Shown here piece after piece: positions 30,191 through 42,854 of a stretch of DNA of 64,000 nucleotides. A program made the translations under genes and the position numbers. Within the stretch, counting starts at the first letter, position 1. Every line of letters starts with the position of its first letter. Under the pieces are notes generated by a model. That model made no database searches. It worked only from the letters and a program-made list of their open reading frames with translations, and had not been told where the DNA came from. Origin of the DNA: Octopus vulgaris (Eukaryota); assembly GCA_951406725.2 (NCBI GenBank), contig OX597820.1:115816001-115880000 (forward strand). Reading direction: 5' to 3'.

Positions 30191-30955
30191 GGATCTTTTC
30201 CTTTTGAACGGCACTTTGTAACATAATTTCTAGGTAACTAAAAAGTTTTAAACTTCGTATACTGGTAGAATGTGTTTATAAAACATCATTTTCTCTTGGC
30301 TTTATTGAGAAAATTCTATAGGTTGTAAGATATTTCGTCTTTAATTTCGAGCATTTCGGCAATTTTAACCAACTGTGCATAATGAATATGTCCCTCCTTT
30401 AAGAAACAGATTGGGTTTATTTACATTTGTGAAGAAAAAAAGATACCCTTACCCTAATTTCTAACCCTAAATCTAAATTAGATTGAAATGCAATAGATCG
30501 ATACTAGGGCCATAATTATGGGTGACATTTTCATTTGACACTGCTAGAAAAAAATCCCATTTTCTGTAGCGGTGTCGTATGAAATTGTGGCCTATAATTA
30601 TAACCCTAGTATCGATCTATTGCATTTCAGTGTATTTTAGATTTAGGGTTGGTTAGGGATGGGGGAAGGGTATCTTTTTTTCTTCACAAATGTAAATAAA
30701 CCCAATCTGTTTCTTAAAGGAGGGACATATTCATGCGGCACAGAATGTTATTTACCTAAATGGACGTCAGCAATTGGTTAATATTGCCGAAATGCTCGAA
30801 ATTAAAGACGAAATATCTTACAACATATAAAATTTTCTCAATAAAGCCAAGAAAACATGATGTTTTATAAACACATTCTACCAGTATACGAAGTTTAAAA
30901 CTTTTTAGTTACCTAGAAATTATGCAACAAAGTGCCGTTCAAAAGGAAAAGATCC
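30191..30955. mobile_element. Long-TIR foldback MITE, Merlin-like
   Basis: GGATCTTTTCCTTTTGAACGGC...GCCGTTCAAAAGGAAAAGATCC, arms ~360 bp, perfect 8-bp TSD CTCGTTTC (30183-30190 / 30956-30963). Confidence 0.8.
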
Positions 30956-31287
30956 CTCGTTTCTCTTTTTATGTGCTACCCATGTTACTTATTTGGATAA
31001 CATTTATTTCTGTTGTATTTGAGGAAATTTTGTCTGTTCAAACAAGAGAACGTGACATTTTAGTCAATGAAGAATTATTAAAAAATGTTTCCCTACAAAT
31101 ATATTTTAGAAACGAAGTATTGTTATTTTACTCTAACAAATATTATAGTTGGTTACAAACATTGTTGTAAAGATTTATAACGAGAATAATTTTGATTTCT
31201 GTCAACTATGAATATTCGGCCCAATATTCACGGGGGACAGATATGGAAAACCGGTTAGTTTTGGTATGACACCGGTAATCACTAAGA

Positions 31288-31302
31288 GTTGCCAAGTAAA
31301 CA
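31288..31302 (+). promoter_or_regulatory. Candidate overlapping RFX X-box-like / forkhead (GTAAACA) site just before the TMEM237 ATG
   Basis: GTTGCCAAGTAAAC (X-box-like with mismatches) overlapping GTAAACA at 31296-31302. Confidence 0.3.
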
Positions 31303-31310
31303 AAGACAAC

Positions 31311-34300
31311 ATGGAGGATACAAGTGACAACCAGAGTTCTCGAAAGTTACCTCCAATATCACCCCGGTCTCTCCCTTTAACAAAACCACCCCGTTCGACA
31401 TCGAAGGGCAAAGTGAATGAAAGTTTTACAAAATCCCCACCTTTGAAAGAGAAACCAATTCCCTCCCCGCGCAGAAATAGCCGCCAGTTGCCCCCTTTGC
31501 AGGCCTCGAACGAAAGCATCTCTGAAACAGCAACTAAGAAGAAAAAGAAGAAAAAGGTTGTAAGTGTTAATGTATACTTTGTAAGTGTTAATATATTTAT
31601 TGGATTGATGTGTCTCAAATAGTTGCTCGTGGATTTAAGGTAAAAGAAGAAAGGACTCCCTCGTTGTTTCCAAATGTAGGATACAAACACAATTTGGAAA
31701 GATCTCCACAAAAAATGGGAACTCGTAACGTACGCTGGCGTTTCTTTATGACTTGATAAAATTGTTAGAGAAAAAATAATTCTGAAGTTTCAGGCAAATC
31801 TCTTTATTTTCGGAGACCATCAGTAATCTTCTTAAAATGTTAGTTTGTGGATCTGGTCCACTGGCCAAGAATAGGGGTTTTCAGTGAAAGTTTCGTCAGT
31901 TTGCATCTCGTTATTGGCACTGTGTTGTTTTCACCGAAACAAACCATTTCTGGTTCAGTGAATTGGGGCAGAAATGTGGAAGAGACAAAATTCTGAGTTG
32001 GACGACGTTTAATAAATTGCTCACTCTCCCGATAAACTAAACAATCTTAATAGAAAGAAAATTAGGTGAACAATGAAGTTAAGCTTTATGATAATTCAAT
32101 AATTATTAAATTGAAATCATCGTCTTTTAATATCCATTTTTCCCCATCGCTGACATGGTTGGATGGTTTCATAGGAGCTGGCAAGCTGCACCAGGCTCCA
32201 GTTATCTGTTTTGGCAAGGTTTCTATGGCTGGATGCTCTTCCTAATGCCAACCACTTTACAGAGTGTACTGGGTGCTTTTTATGTGGTGCCAGCACGGGA
32301 ATGAAAATTAAAAAAGCTAATCTGAATAAGGAAATGTTCCCTCCCCACAAAATAAATAAATGATAAATATAAGGCTGCGAGCTGGCAGAAACGTTAGCAC
32401 GCCGAATGAAATGCTTAGCGGTATTTCGTCTGCCGCTACGTTCTGAGTTCAAATTCTGCCAAGGTCGACTTTGCCTTTCATCCTTTCGGGCTCGATTAAA
32501 TAAATACCAGTTACACACTGGGGTCGATATAATCGACTTAATCCGTTTGTCTGTCCTTGTTTGTCTCCTCTGTGTTTAGCCCCTTGTGGGTAGTAAAGAA
32601 ATAGATATATATATAAAGAATTCAAACCACACCCTAATAAGTTTTGTGAACAATGCAGCAAATAGCCAAAGGAAATGGTGAGGATAGCAATCTCTACAGA
32701 ACTGAAACAAACGAAGCTGTTTATGTTGTACAAACTTTGGCTGTTGTTGTCTTTGTGGGTCCACCCAAACTTGCTCCAATGGTTCTGTGGTAATTAGGTA
32801 GCTGATTAAATATACCTCCACCTGATTGGGGGTCATACCCCACATTTCAACATGCAGAGAGGAATCATATGATGAGATACAGTGTGACGGTCTGGACATG
32901 TTACAGTCTCTTTACTGCTTAACACACAGACAGAATATTAATAAGAGACATTGTCATCATAAAACGTCCAGTATTCCATGCTTGCATGGGTCAGGCGGAA
33001 TTTTCACTCAGGCAGATTTTCTTCTGACGGATGACCTTATTGTCATCAACTCTCACTTGCTTCCAAGCAAGGTGATGTTTCTCCATGGCCTGACAGAACA
33101 CTGGAAACACTCAGCATCACTTCCATGATGATGATGCTCAGTTCCAACTGTCAGGTGATTTCTAGACAAGGCTGCACTCAAATGCACACACATGATGGGC
33201 TTCTTCCAGTTTCCATCTACCAAATCCACTTACAAGGCTTTGATGGACTTGGGGGTATTACACAGTGGGACCGAAGCCAAGACGGTATGGTTGGGAAGCA
33301 AGCTTCTTAACCTTGTGGCCATGTCTGCAGAGGAAAACAACTGCTGTGCTCCAGGTTCCCTTCAGCTGCTGCTGCTGTGCTCCCCTCCCCCACTTCCCAA
33401 AATCTGGTGGGTACAGAAATGGAATGAAAGGCAGGGAGACTGAAATATGTTCTGAGACTCAGCCTGAAAGAGGCATAGTTTCAGTGGAAAAAAGATTTGT
33501 GGCTCTAGAACTGCTTGATATGAGCTGACTTGGGGACTTCCCCCCACCACCACCACCACTGCCAAACAAAAGCATAAGTAATTCATCACTTTAAGCAGTG
33601 GAAGCACTGTGGTATTGATGAGTGTTTCATTGATTTTCAGTGATGAGTTCAATCCTTACATTTGGCAAAGTATTAGAATTCTGATCTCATTGTAGTTAAC
33701 TTTGCCAAATGTATATCTCTCTTTCTGTCTGTCTGTCTATCTATCTGTCTGCTTGTCTATTTGTCTCATCATCATCATGTGTCTGTCTTCCATGCTGGCA
33801 TGGGTTGGAGGATTTGACAGGAGCCGACCAAGTGGAAGACTTACACGAGGCTATTGTGTCTGTTTTGGCAGGATTTTTACAGTTGGATGCTCTTCCTAAC
33901 ACCAACCTCTCAGCAGAGTGGACTGAGTGCTTTTTATGTGGTACCAGCTGTGGTCAGTTTTTGGCATGGTTTTTATAGCTGGATGTCTTTCCAAATGCCA
34001 ACCACTTGACATTTTATATATATACTTACATATATAAAATTCTTTTTGAGAATGTTAAATCTCAAAGCAGATAAAGCTATAAATAACAGCATGTAAATAT
34101 CATCATCATCATTGGGTTGGACAGTTTGACTGGGCTGGCATGCTGGTAAGCTGCACCAGACTCCAGTCTGATTTAGCAAAGTTTCTATGGCTGGATGCCC
34201 TTCCTAATGCCAACCACTCCAAGAGTGTAATGGGTGCTTTTACATGTCACCAGCATGACACTGGGGTGTGTTTATGTGACACTGCTATCTGCCATGGCTG

Positions 34301-37300
34301 TGATTTTGTTCAGCTTGATGAGTCTTCTTCTCAAGCACAACATAATGCCAAAGGCCTCAGTCATTGCCTCCATGAGGCCCACCACTTGAAAGGACGTTGG
34401 CCACTTTGTCTCCATCAGGCGCAACACCTGAAAGGAACTCAGCCACTTTGCCTCTGTGAAGCCTAAAAAAATTCTTGGGATAGAAAAAAATCAAAGACCT
34501 TTGCTATCCAAAGATAGATATTTACATATTAATTATAGCTTTATCTGCTTCAAGATCCAAAACAAGAATTATTTCACATTCTCAAAGTTTCTGAATTCTC
34601 ATGATATCTTCATCATCATCATTTAGTGTCCGTTTTCCATGCTGGCATGGGTTGGAAGGTTTGATAGGAGCTGGGAAGCCGGAGAGGTGCATCAGGCTCC
34701 ATTTTTCTGTTTTGGCATGGTTTTTACGCCAATCACTTTACAGAGTGCACTGGGTGCTTTTTGCATGGCTTTTTATGAGGCTCCAGCAGGGTCACCAAGT
34801 AGCTTACAAAACAAAGACCTGTTAGTTGAGAGAGGGGATAGAACCAAAGGAAGGGGCTGTGAGCCAGGTGAGAGGTTAGAATACAACAGAGGGACAGAGA
34901 TAGCTGTCTTACTATAGAGGATAGTAGAGGCGCAATGGCCCAGTGGTTAGGGCAGCGGACTCGTGGTCGTAGGATCGCGGTTTCGATTCCCAGACCGGGC
35001 GTTGTGAGTGTTTATTGAGCGAAAACACCTAAAGCTCCTCGAGGCTCCGGTAGGGGTGGTGGCGATCCCTGCTGTACTCTTTCACCACAACTTTCTCTCA
35101 CTCTTACTTCCTGTTTCTGTTGTACCTGTATTTCAAAGGGCTGGCCTTGTCATGCTGAATATCCCCGAGAACTACATTAAGGGTACACGTGTCTGTGGAG
35201 TGCTCAGCCACTTACACGTTAATTTCACGAGCAGGCTGTTCCGTTGATCGGATCAACCGGAACCCTCGTCGTCGTAACCGACGGAGTGCTTCCACTATAG
35301 AGGATATAGCGGAGAAAGCACCGCCTCCTACATGTTATTTTGCATGCACACACACACACACACATACATACAAACGTACAGACGTATTGTATTTATTGTA
35401 AAACTACCATCTTTACAGATTGATTCTCAAAGTTCATCTGGCGAAACATTACAAACCGAACAAGACATCAATAATGGTAGTCAGACGAGTGTTGTTCCCA
35501 AGAAAAGGAAGAAAAAGAAAAAGCAAGAAGAGATGCAGTTGTCGAGTACCCTCTTGAATTACCTGGGTGGCATGGAAGAAGATGTGGTTGAAAATAAAGA
35601 ACCAGCTGATGAAATGGTTCAGCCTGTAAAAAATGCCATCATCACAAGTCAACCTGTTGATAAGCTATTTATTGAAACCAAAAGTATGTTAGCCTTTGAG
35701 TTTTTTCTATCTTTATAGTCAGGTATAGTCATATTTAACATGCTCATGTGCATTTGAACATGGAAAGACAATACACTGCTCAAGTATCTTGACAGAGGAC
35801 ATTCTCCTTATGGGTGTAAACATACCACCAGGCCACGAAGGACATCACTGGACTGTAGGACACATGCATTTCTGTGTCATTGCACTTCATCAGCAATGTA
35901 TGCTGAGCCATCATTCATGGCCACTGAGAGCTGGTCGCTCTGAGAATAGAATATTGTACATTTGGTGTTGTGAGAAAAAACTTTGAGCATTTATTTATTC
36001 ATCGAATCCATTACATCTCCTCCTCCCTCCAAACACACACTTCCTTGGGTAATCTGCTCTGCACGAAAATGAATGTGAAATGATGGGTTCAATCATCATC
36101 ATCATCATCATCTAACATCCATTTTCCATACTGGCATGGGTTGGACGGTTTGACAGGAGCTGGCAAGGCTGGAGAGCTGCACCAGGCACCAGTTGTCTGT
36201 TTTGGAATGGTTTCTACAGCTGGATGCCCTTCCTAATGCCAACACACTTTACAGAGTGTTTTGGGTGCTTTTATGTGGCCCCGGCACCAGTGGACATCAG
36301 TATGAATGCTTTTTTACATGGCACCAGCACGGGTGCTTTTACATGGCACAAGCATGGATGCTGTTATGTGGCACAAGCAGGAGTCCTTTTTATGCGATAC
36401 AAGCATGGATGCTTTTTATGTGGCATCAGCACAGAGATACAGTAACAATAAGCAGAACATCAATATAGGAAGAAAGACATTATGTTAATACTCCATACAA
36501 CTGAGTAATTATCAAGAGAGTTGATGTAGCATTTTGTGTGTTTTAACTGGACAAAATCACACTTGTATGCAGAAATTGTCAGGAGTGGCTGTGTGGTAAG
36601 TAGCTTGCTTACCAACCACATTGGTTCCGGGTTCAGTCCCACTGTGTGGCACCTTGGGCAAGTGTCTTCTGCTATAGCCCCGGGCCGACCAATGCCTTGT
36701 GAGTGGATTTGGTAGACAGAAACTGAAAGAAGCCTGTCGTATATATGTATATATATATATATGTGTATGTGTGTGTTTGTCCCCCTAGCATTGCTTGACA
36801 ACCGATGCTGGTGTGTTTGCGTCCCCGTCACTTAGCGGTTCGGCAAAAGAGACCGATAGAATAAGTACTGGGCTTACAAAGAATAAGTCCCGGGGTCGAT
36901 TTGCTTGTCTAAAGGCGGTGCTCCAGCATGGCCGCAGTCAAATGACTGAAACAAGTAAAAGAGTAAAAGAGTATATTTTAATAAGAACATATTTTTTCAA
37001 ATTAGTTCATCTTTGGATGAGGTCAATTTAATTGTGTAAACCTCTTATAGATATAAATTTAGTGTCTAGTAGATAAATAAACGAATGAAAAATTATTTAG
37101 TAAAACTTGATAAATTTACTTAACATGTCTTCCTCTTCACGTTCTTCTTTTTTCTAACCAGGGAGTTTCAAGACTGAAGTTAAGAGCAAACTTACTGCAG
37201 ATAAAACAAAAGAAAAACTGAAACTGGAACAATATGGTGATGGTTTTGTTACATTGCCACAGACCTCCTTAGAATTTGCTATCAAAACTCATCGTATGTG

Positions 37301-38581
37301 GCAGACTTTCTGTTTGTTCTTCCATGGCCTCACGGCAGGAATTGGTCTGTGGCAGGTTGTCATTGTATATATATTTGAATATAACCATCAACAGGAGTTT
37401 GTAGAGAGTTACAAAATAATGGCCTTACCTGTTCAGAGTTTATTCTATGGCTTGTTAGTTATCTGCTTGGTTTCTGCATGTGACAGGTAAGACAAAATAT
37501 TCTTTCATTGTTTCTCTTTGCTACGTGTGTTAGCTGGCTGCGTGAGGGGGGGGGGGGTAACTGGTGGAGTTGAGGAATGAAAATGTATTTCTTGGGTTGC
37601 ATGAAGAACTAACTGAAACTTGCAAATGTTTAAACTGCCACCAGCACTTTATATGTGACACTAAGGTAGTGGAATTCTTATACTTAGGGTTTGAAAAGGA
37701 ATTCAGATGGGCCCTGTGTCGCCTTTTGAAGTCCACCGTACTATCTTTATATATCTTGTTTTGTCTATTGAGTACGCTAACTATACATTTATACACAACA
37801 TTACATTGAAGACATGATCCTGCAAGTGGACAGGTTTGGGGTGCTCTACAGTTACAAATTTTATTCATTTGCATCCTACTTATTACTGTTCTTATTTATA
37901 TTTCCAGCATTATTAATATCATTAGATTGGGGTATGGTACCTGGTTTTAAATTCATTAAAGTTTGATTATTATTATTTGTTATGTTAGTATTTGGGGTCG
38001 ATACCTTAACTTTACCCTTATTTCTGTTAGTACGTAGTGCTAGTTCTAAAGCATTCTTATTAGTTGCACTTTTGTTGTCCTTGTTTTTAGCTGTATCCTT
38101 AATTTCATTAGCATGTAGTCCTTTCCCTAAATTATTATTATTAGTTACCCCATTGTTGACCTTATTCATTATACATTTTATTTTACCCCTATTTATAGGA
38201 GCTGTTATTGTTCCGAAGTTAGACATTGCTGAGTATGAAAATTTTACAGTAGATTTATTACAAATGGCATAATATTTGTGATGCTTTGGGAAGTTAGATT
38301 GTAGAATTTAAAAAAACAATCTGGGTAGATTCTTAACCCTAAGTAAGAAAGGAGGGGCAAACCAAATGACTTCACGTATTCTGGATTTAGACTTTCTAAT
38401 TGTATTAGAAGTCTCGAGAGTAAGAGGTTTATACTTACAATTATTATGCTTATTATAATACCTATAAGATCTTGGTCTAAAGCATTTAAATGCGGCTGAT
38501 TTGTGCTAGTATCATTTAATTGACCTAGTTCACTTATACCTATGCTATTATTAGGATTAATATTTGTGATTTTTCTTTAAT

Positions 38582-38627
<46 letters not shown>

Positions 38628-39770
38628 AGGCGCAATGGCCTAGTGGTTAGGGCAGCGGACTCGCGGTCGCAGGATCGCGGTTTCGATTCCCAGAGTGTTT
38701 ATTGAGTGAAAACACCTAAAAGCTCCACGAGGCTCCGGCAGTGGGTGGTGATCCCTGCTGTACTCTTTCACCACTCTTTCTTCTGTTGGCCTGCTTGCTA
38801 AGCCAGCGGGGTGGCGTCATTCGAAGGCTAAAACAATGCGAACGCATTGTGACCAGCGTGTAACAACATCTGATGGTCTGGTCGGTCACGTGATCATGTG
38901 ATATACAGGGTGTAGTGAATATTTTGTTGTCTAACTTACAAAAAGCTGAAAGTAACACTGACATCTCAGTTTAACAGATATATTTACTAAATTTATATAA
39001 AAATATCTTGAAATAGTAAAGATTAAGTTTATTCAATAAAATTGCCATTGGCTTCAGCCACGGCCTCTGGACAACTTCGGAATCTCCTGTTGCTCTTCTG
39101 GACAGTCTCCTTGTTTAAGTTGGTGAATCCTTGCCCTCAGTTCATCTTTGGTGTTACAGGGTTTTTTGTTGGCCCCTTGCTCAACTGAGCTCCTCACATA
39201 ATGATGAAGGGGGTTGCAGTCTGGGGAGTTAGGTGGCCAGATGTTAGGGGTAATGTGGTTTCAGAAATTGTCTGACAGCCATGACTAGGTTTTCCTGTTG
39301 CCAGACACAGGGTCTCCCGGCAGCCATCCTCTTGACCCAGGGCAGCACTACCTTCTCCAGGCACTTGATGTAGGTCTCTGTGTTAAATGCGAGGCCATGT
39401 GGGAAGATAAATGGAGGCATAACATCGTAATCACTAGTGATCACTGCAAACACCATGAGATTGACTCTGGATGTTTGATTTTCATCACTCTCTGTACATG
39501 TCCTCAGATTCACAATCAAACACTCTGAAATGTTTGTATTGGAGCTTCTGGCTCAAATGCCAAGCAGTACAGCATGTTGTTTCCAAATTTCTGGCAGAGT
39601 GGATTGCATCATGGTGATGTTTTTCTCACAGACAGTGCCCAACTGACCCTACTATAGTTTGTAGTCAGCAAAATCAAAAACAAGCAATGCGCATGCACAA
39701 AATTAAAAATATAAAATGGCAATAATTTACCCATCGCACCCTGTATATATATATGTTCCTTTCCACCCTT

Positions 39771-39812
<42 letters not shown>

Positions 39813-40002
39813 AGAAAAAAATCTTATTTCTTCATTATTATTAGCGCTTTTATTCGTTTCTTAAACTTGACAACTTCAAGAAACGAACGAAAGTGCTAAT
39901 AATAATGAAGAAATAAAAAGATTTTTTTTTCCAAAATTCTGACAACTTTTTTCTCAATATTCAATTTCTGTACACCACACCTAACACTCTATACATCTAT
40001 AT

Positions 40003-40033
<31 letters not shown>

Positions 40034-40245
40034 TATATATACTTATATTTATTTAAAAGCAACAGAAAATTCAACAAAACCTGTTACTCTGTTACTCCCG
40101 TTCATCTGTCTGACGAACGGGAACGTGAAACTCAGAGTAACAGGTTTTGTTGAATTTTCTACTGCTTTTAAATAAAGCATATTACTCTACCACTGGTATT
40201 TGAGTACTCTTTTTCCACCTTGTTTCACATTTATGTGTTTACTCC

Positions 40246-40319
<74 letters not shown>

Positions 40320-42854
40320 TAATATCACTAATTATACACATTGTATAAACCTATTTCTGTCTCGTTTATTAGATATGATATCAGTAACATCAACAAGCAA
40401 TTCATGTTGGATGCTGTGACTCTCAAGTCGGGAGCTCTTTCAGTTGTCATCTACTTCATCTGTATTGTGATGCATGTGAGTGTTGTGCACATCGATGACA
40501 AGATGTTTCTTTACAACATGACTTCTCTCTTCAACAACACACAAGTAAGTTACAACAACATTGTTTTGCATTTCACTATTTTTTCATCATCATCATCATC
40601 GTTTAACGTCTGCTTTCCATGCTAACATGGGTTGGATGATTTGACTGAGGACTGGCGAGCCAGAAGGCTGCACCAGGCTCCAATCTGATCTGGCAGAGTT
40701 TCTACAGCTGGATGCCTTTCCTAACACCAACCACTCTGAGAGTGTAGTGGGTGCTTTTTAGGTGACACTGGCATGGGGGCCAGTTAGGCGGTACTGGCAA
40801 TGACCACGCTCGAATGGTGCTTTTTAAAATGATATTCATGGTTGATTTCACCCTCTGCCCATGGCCACCACTCCTTATGATCTTTAGTTTTGATACAAGT
40901 GAATAGTTATTCAGACTAAATGCTTTCAAGTATCCTGTTTTATTTATTTTTTTTACATTAAGTTCAAATATGTGAAGGTGTGTTGCCCATTGGTTAGGAT
41001 GTTGCACTCATAATTGCTAGAACATGGGTTCAATTCCCAGTCTGAGTGGCACATTATATTCTTGGGCAAAACACTTCATTTAATGTTGCTCCATTCCACT
41101 CAGCTGGGGTCACACTGTGATGGACTGGCTTTCCAATCAGGGGTGGGGGTCAGACATCGGCCTTCTCACTTAGCCAGTGAGGTGGCATCACGCAAAAGCT
41201 TTAAAATGATGCAAAGCACATTGTGACCAGCGATGTATAACAACATCTGATAGTCTGGTCAATTCTGTGTTACCGTGAAGTTAAAATATACCATGGATTT
41301 GTATTCCGGTTTTAGAAAAGATACACCACGTTACTGCATGTTGTAAGCAGTGACTCAAGGGAATGGCAAAAGATAGGGCATCTTGTTGTAAAACACTGAC
41401 TTAGAAAACCTGTCTAACCCATGCCAGCATGGAAAAGTAGATGTAAAATGATGATGATGATGATGATGCTGATGATACCCCAAGTTTGGTTCATAAACAA
41501 ATACCAGTCATATCATAGGGTTGATTCGGTTGACTATAACCCTTCCCCTTCGAATTGTGTCAATGTGAGAGACCAATATATCTTTGGAACATTTATAGTT
41601 TGGGCTGTATTGTCTTTGAGAAGGGCACAAAGTCCATGAAATACCTTCAGTTTCACTGACTTTTTTTTTTTAATCCAGTTCTGAATCTAAATTCTGCTGG
41701 GTTCAATTTTCCCTTTCATTCCTTCAGGGGAAGATTTAGTAGAAGACTCTGAAATGTGTTGTGGGTCAGTTGCTTATCCTGTAAATGCTTGACCTTGTGC
41801 CAATTAGCATTCAATATTTAAGTTGTCAATCATGACTCATTAATCCTGTCCACCCCTCTCGACCCCTTCCCTTATGTTCACCTTTCTGTAACTCGAAGAA
41901 AAGAAAAAATGCAAAAATATTAAATAACCTGAAAATGGGATAACCATGAATGCCCTGTACAGTAACACACTTGTTCCTGTCCCTCTATCATACGTTAACC
42001 TTATGTCAACTGGTATAAAGCCATCTCCCCACCCTTCATTCCTATAAATATTGTTTTAGCTCTATTCATTCATTGAATAACTTCTTCACAGTAACCTTCC
42101 TGATTTTTTATTTGTCCTAAATACTTGAATTTTTTACTACATCATCATCATCAGGATTTAACAACCTCTTCTATACTGGCAGTTTAACAGAAGCTGCTGA
42201 GGCCAAGAACTGCACCAGGACCCATTGTCAGTTTTGGCAGGGTTTCTATGGCTGGATGCCCTTCCTAATGTCAATCACTTTACAGAGTGTACTGGGTGCT
42301 TCTTATGTGGCACCAACACTAGTGCTTTTTACTTTCATGGCACCAACACCAGCACTTTTTACACACTTTTATATTTACTTCTTTGGGTTCTGTCTTGCTA
42401 ATAACAATTGACTTCATCTTTTTTGTAATCATATTTTGACATTTCTTGCCACTCTGCTCTCTTCAACAATTTCTTATAATTTCTCGTTGCTCTCTGCCAG
42501 AAATACTGTTTCAATGGCGTTATTTTATATTCTTACCGTAACATTATAACATAACAGTGCAGTTGTTGTTATTGTTTGTTTTTAATCATACTTTCTTTTG
42601 AAGCAATCAATGTATTTTGCTTTTGTCTTTTGCTACAAATAAAAATATCACTATTCATCTCCTTCCAGGAATTTTCAGAGGACCTTGCGACTTGGAAGAT
42701 CATCAACCTACTCCGAGGTGTGGCAGTCATACTGGGGTGGCTTCTGCTGTCGATTTTCCCCAATACTGACCGTCTGGTCGAGAATCTATCAGAAAGTGTT
42801 GGCGACATTCTTGGTCCACACACAAGAACTCAAAATATTTCTACCATTTCCTAA
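31311..42854 (+). CDS. TMEM237: Transmembrane protein 237 (ciliary transition zone); exons 31311-31559, 35419-35683, 37162-37486, 40373-40544, 42669-42854; 398 aa
   Basis: Canonical GT-AG junctions with phases 0,1,2,0 give a 1197-nt ORF. Motifs SQPVDKLFIETK, LFFHGLTAGIGLWQVVIVY, YKIMALPVQSLFYGLLVICLVSACDR|YD and WKIINLLRGVAVILGWLLLS match the TMEM237 family. The basic, proline-rich N-terminus is followed by 4 hydrophobic segments. Confidence 0.9.
37620..38400 (-). mobile_element. Penelope-like element remnant (Naiad-type linker, CxCx5Cx5C finger and GIY-YIG endonuclease)
   Basis: VIWFAPPF...NFPKHHKYYAICNKSTVKFSYS then CNCRAPQTCPLAGSCL..VVYK...FKRRHRAHLNSF...STTL. Confidence 0.7.
38906..39743 (-). 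mobile_element. Internally deleted Tc1/mariner-superfamily element, DD37D (maT)-like
   Basis: TA-CAGGGTG...CACCCTG-TA termini; remnants VMPPFIFPHGL...YIKCLEKVVLPW...VWQQ and WPPNSPDCNP. Confidence 0.75.
39808..39959. repeat. Foldback with a degenerate hammerhead at its axis
   Basis: Arms TCTTATTTCTTCATTATTATTAGCGCTTT / AAAGTGCTAATAATAATGAAGAAATAAAA; centre TTGACAA-CTTC AAGAAAC GAAC-GAAA-GTGC-TA. Confidence 0.6.
40105..40144 (+). ncRNA. Minimal type I hammerhead ribozyme with intact core
   Basis: Stem I TCTGT/ACAGG, CTGACGA, stem II ACG-GGAA-CGT, GAAA, stem III (A)CTC-A-GAG(T), GUA cleavage triplet ending at 40139. Confidence 0.7.

Noticed and set aside
30450-30660. Interstitial telomere (CCCTAA/TTAGGG)
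   Set aside because: Only 2-3 degenerate units, located symmetrically inside the foldback MITE arms
31266-31310. Upstream in-frame ATG as the TMEM237 start
   Set aside because: Cannot be excluded, but ATG 31311 has the better context (ACAACATGG) and the upstream stretch looks promoter-like
31202-31711. 169-aa minus-strand ORF
   Set aside because: Antisense shadow of TMEM237 exon 1 with no recognisable domain
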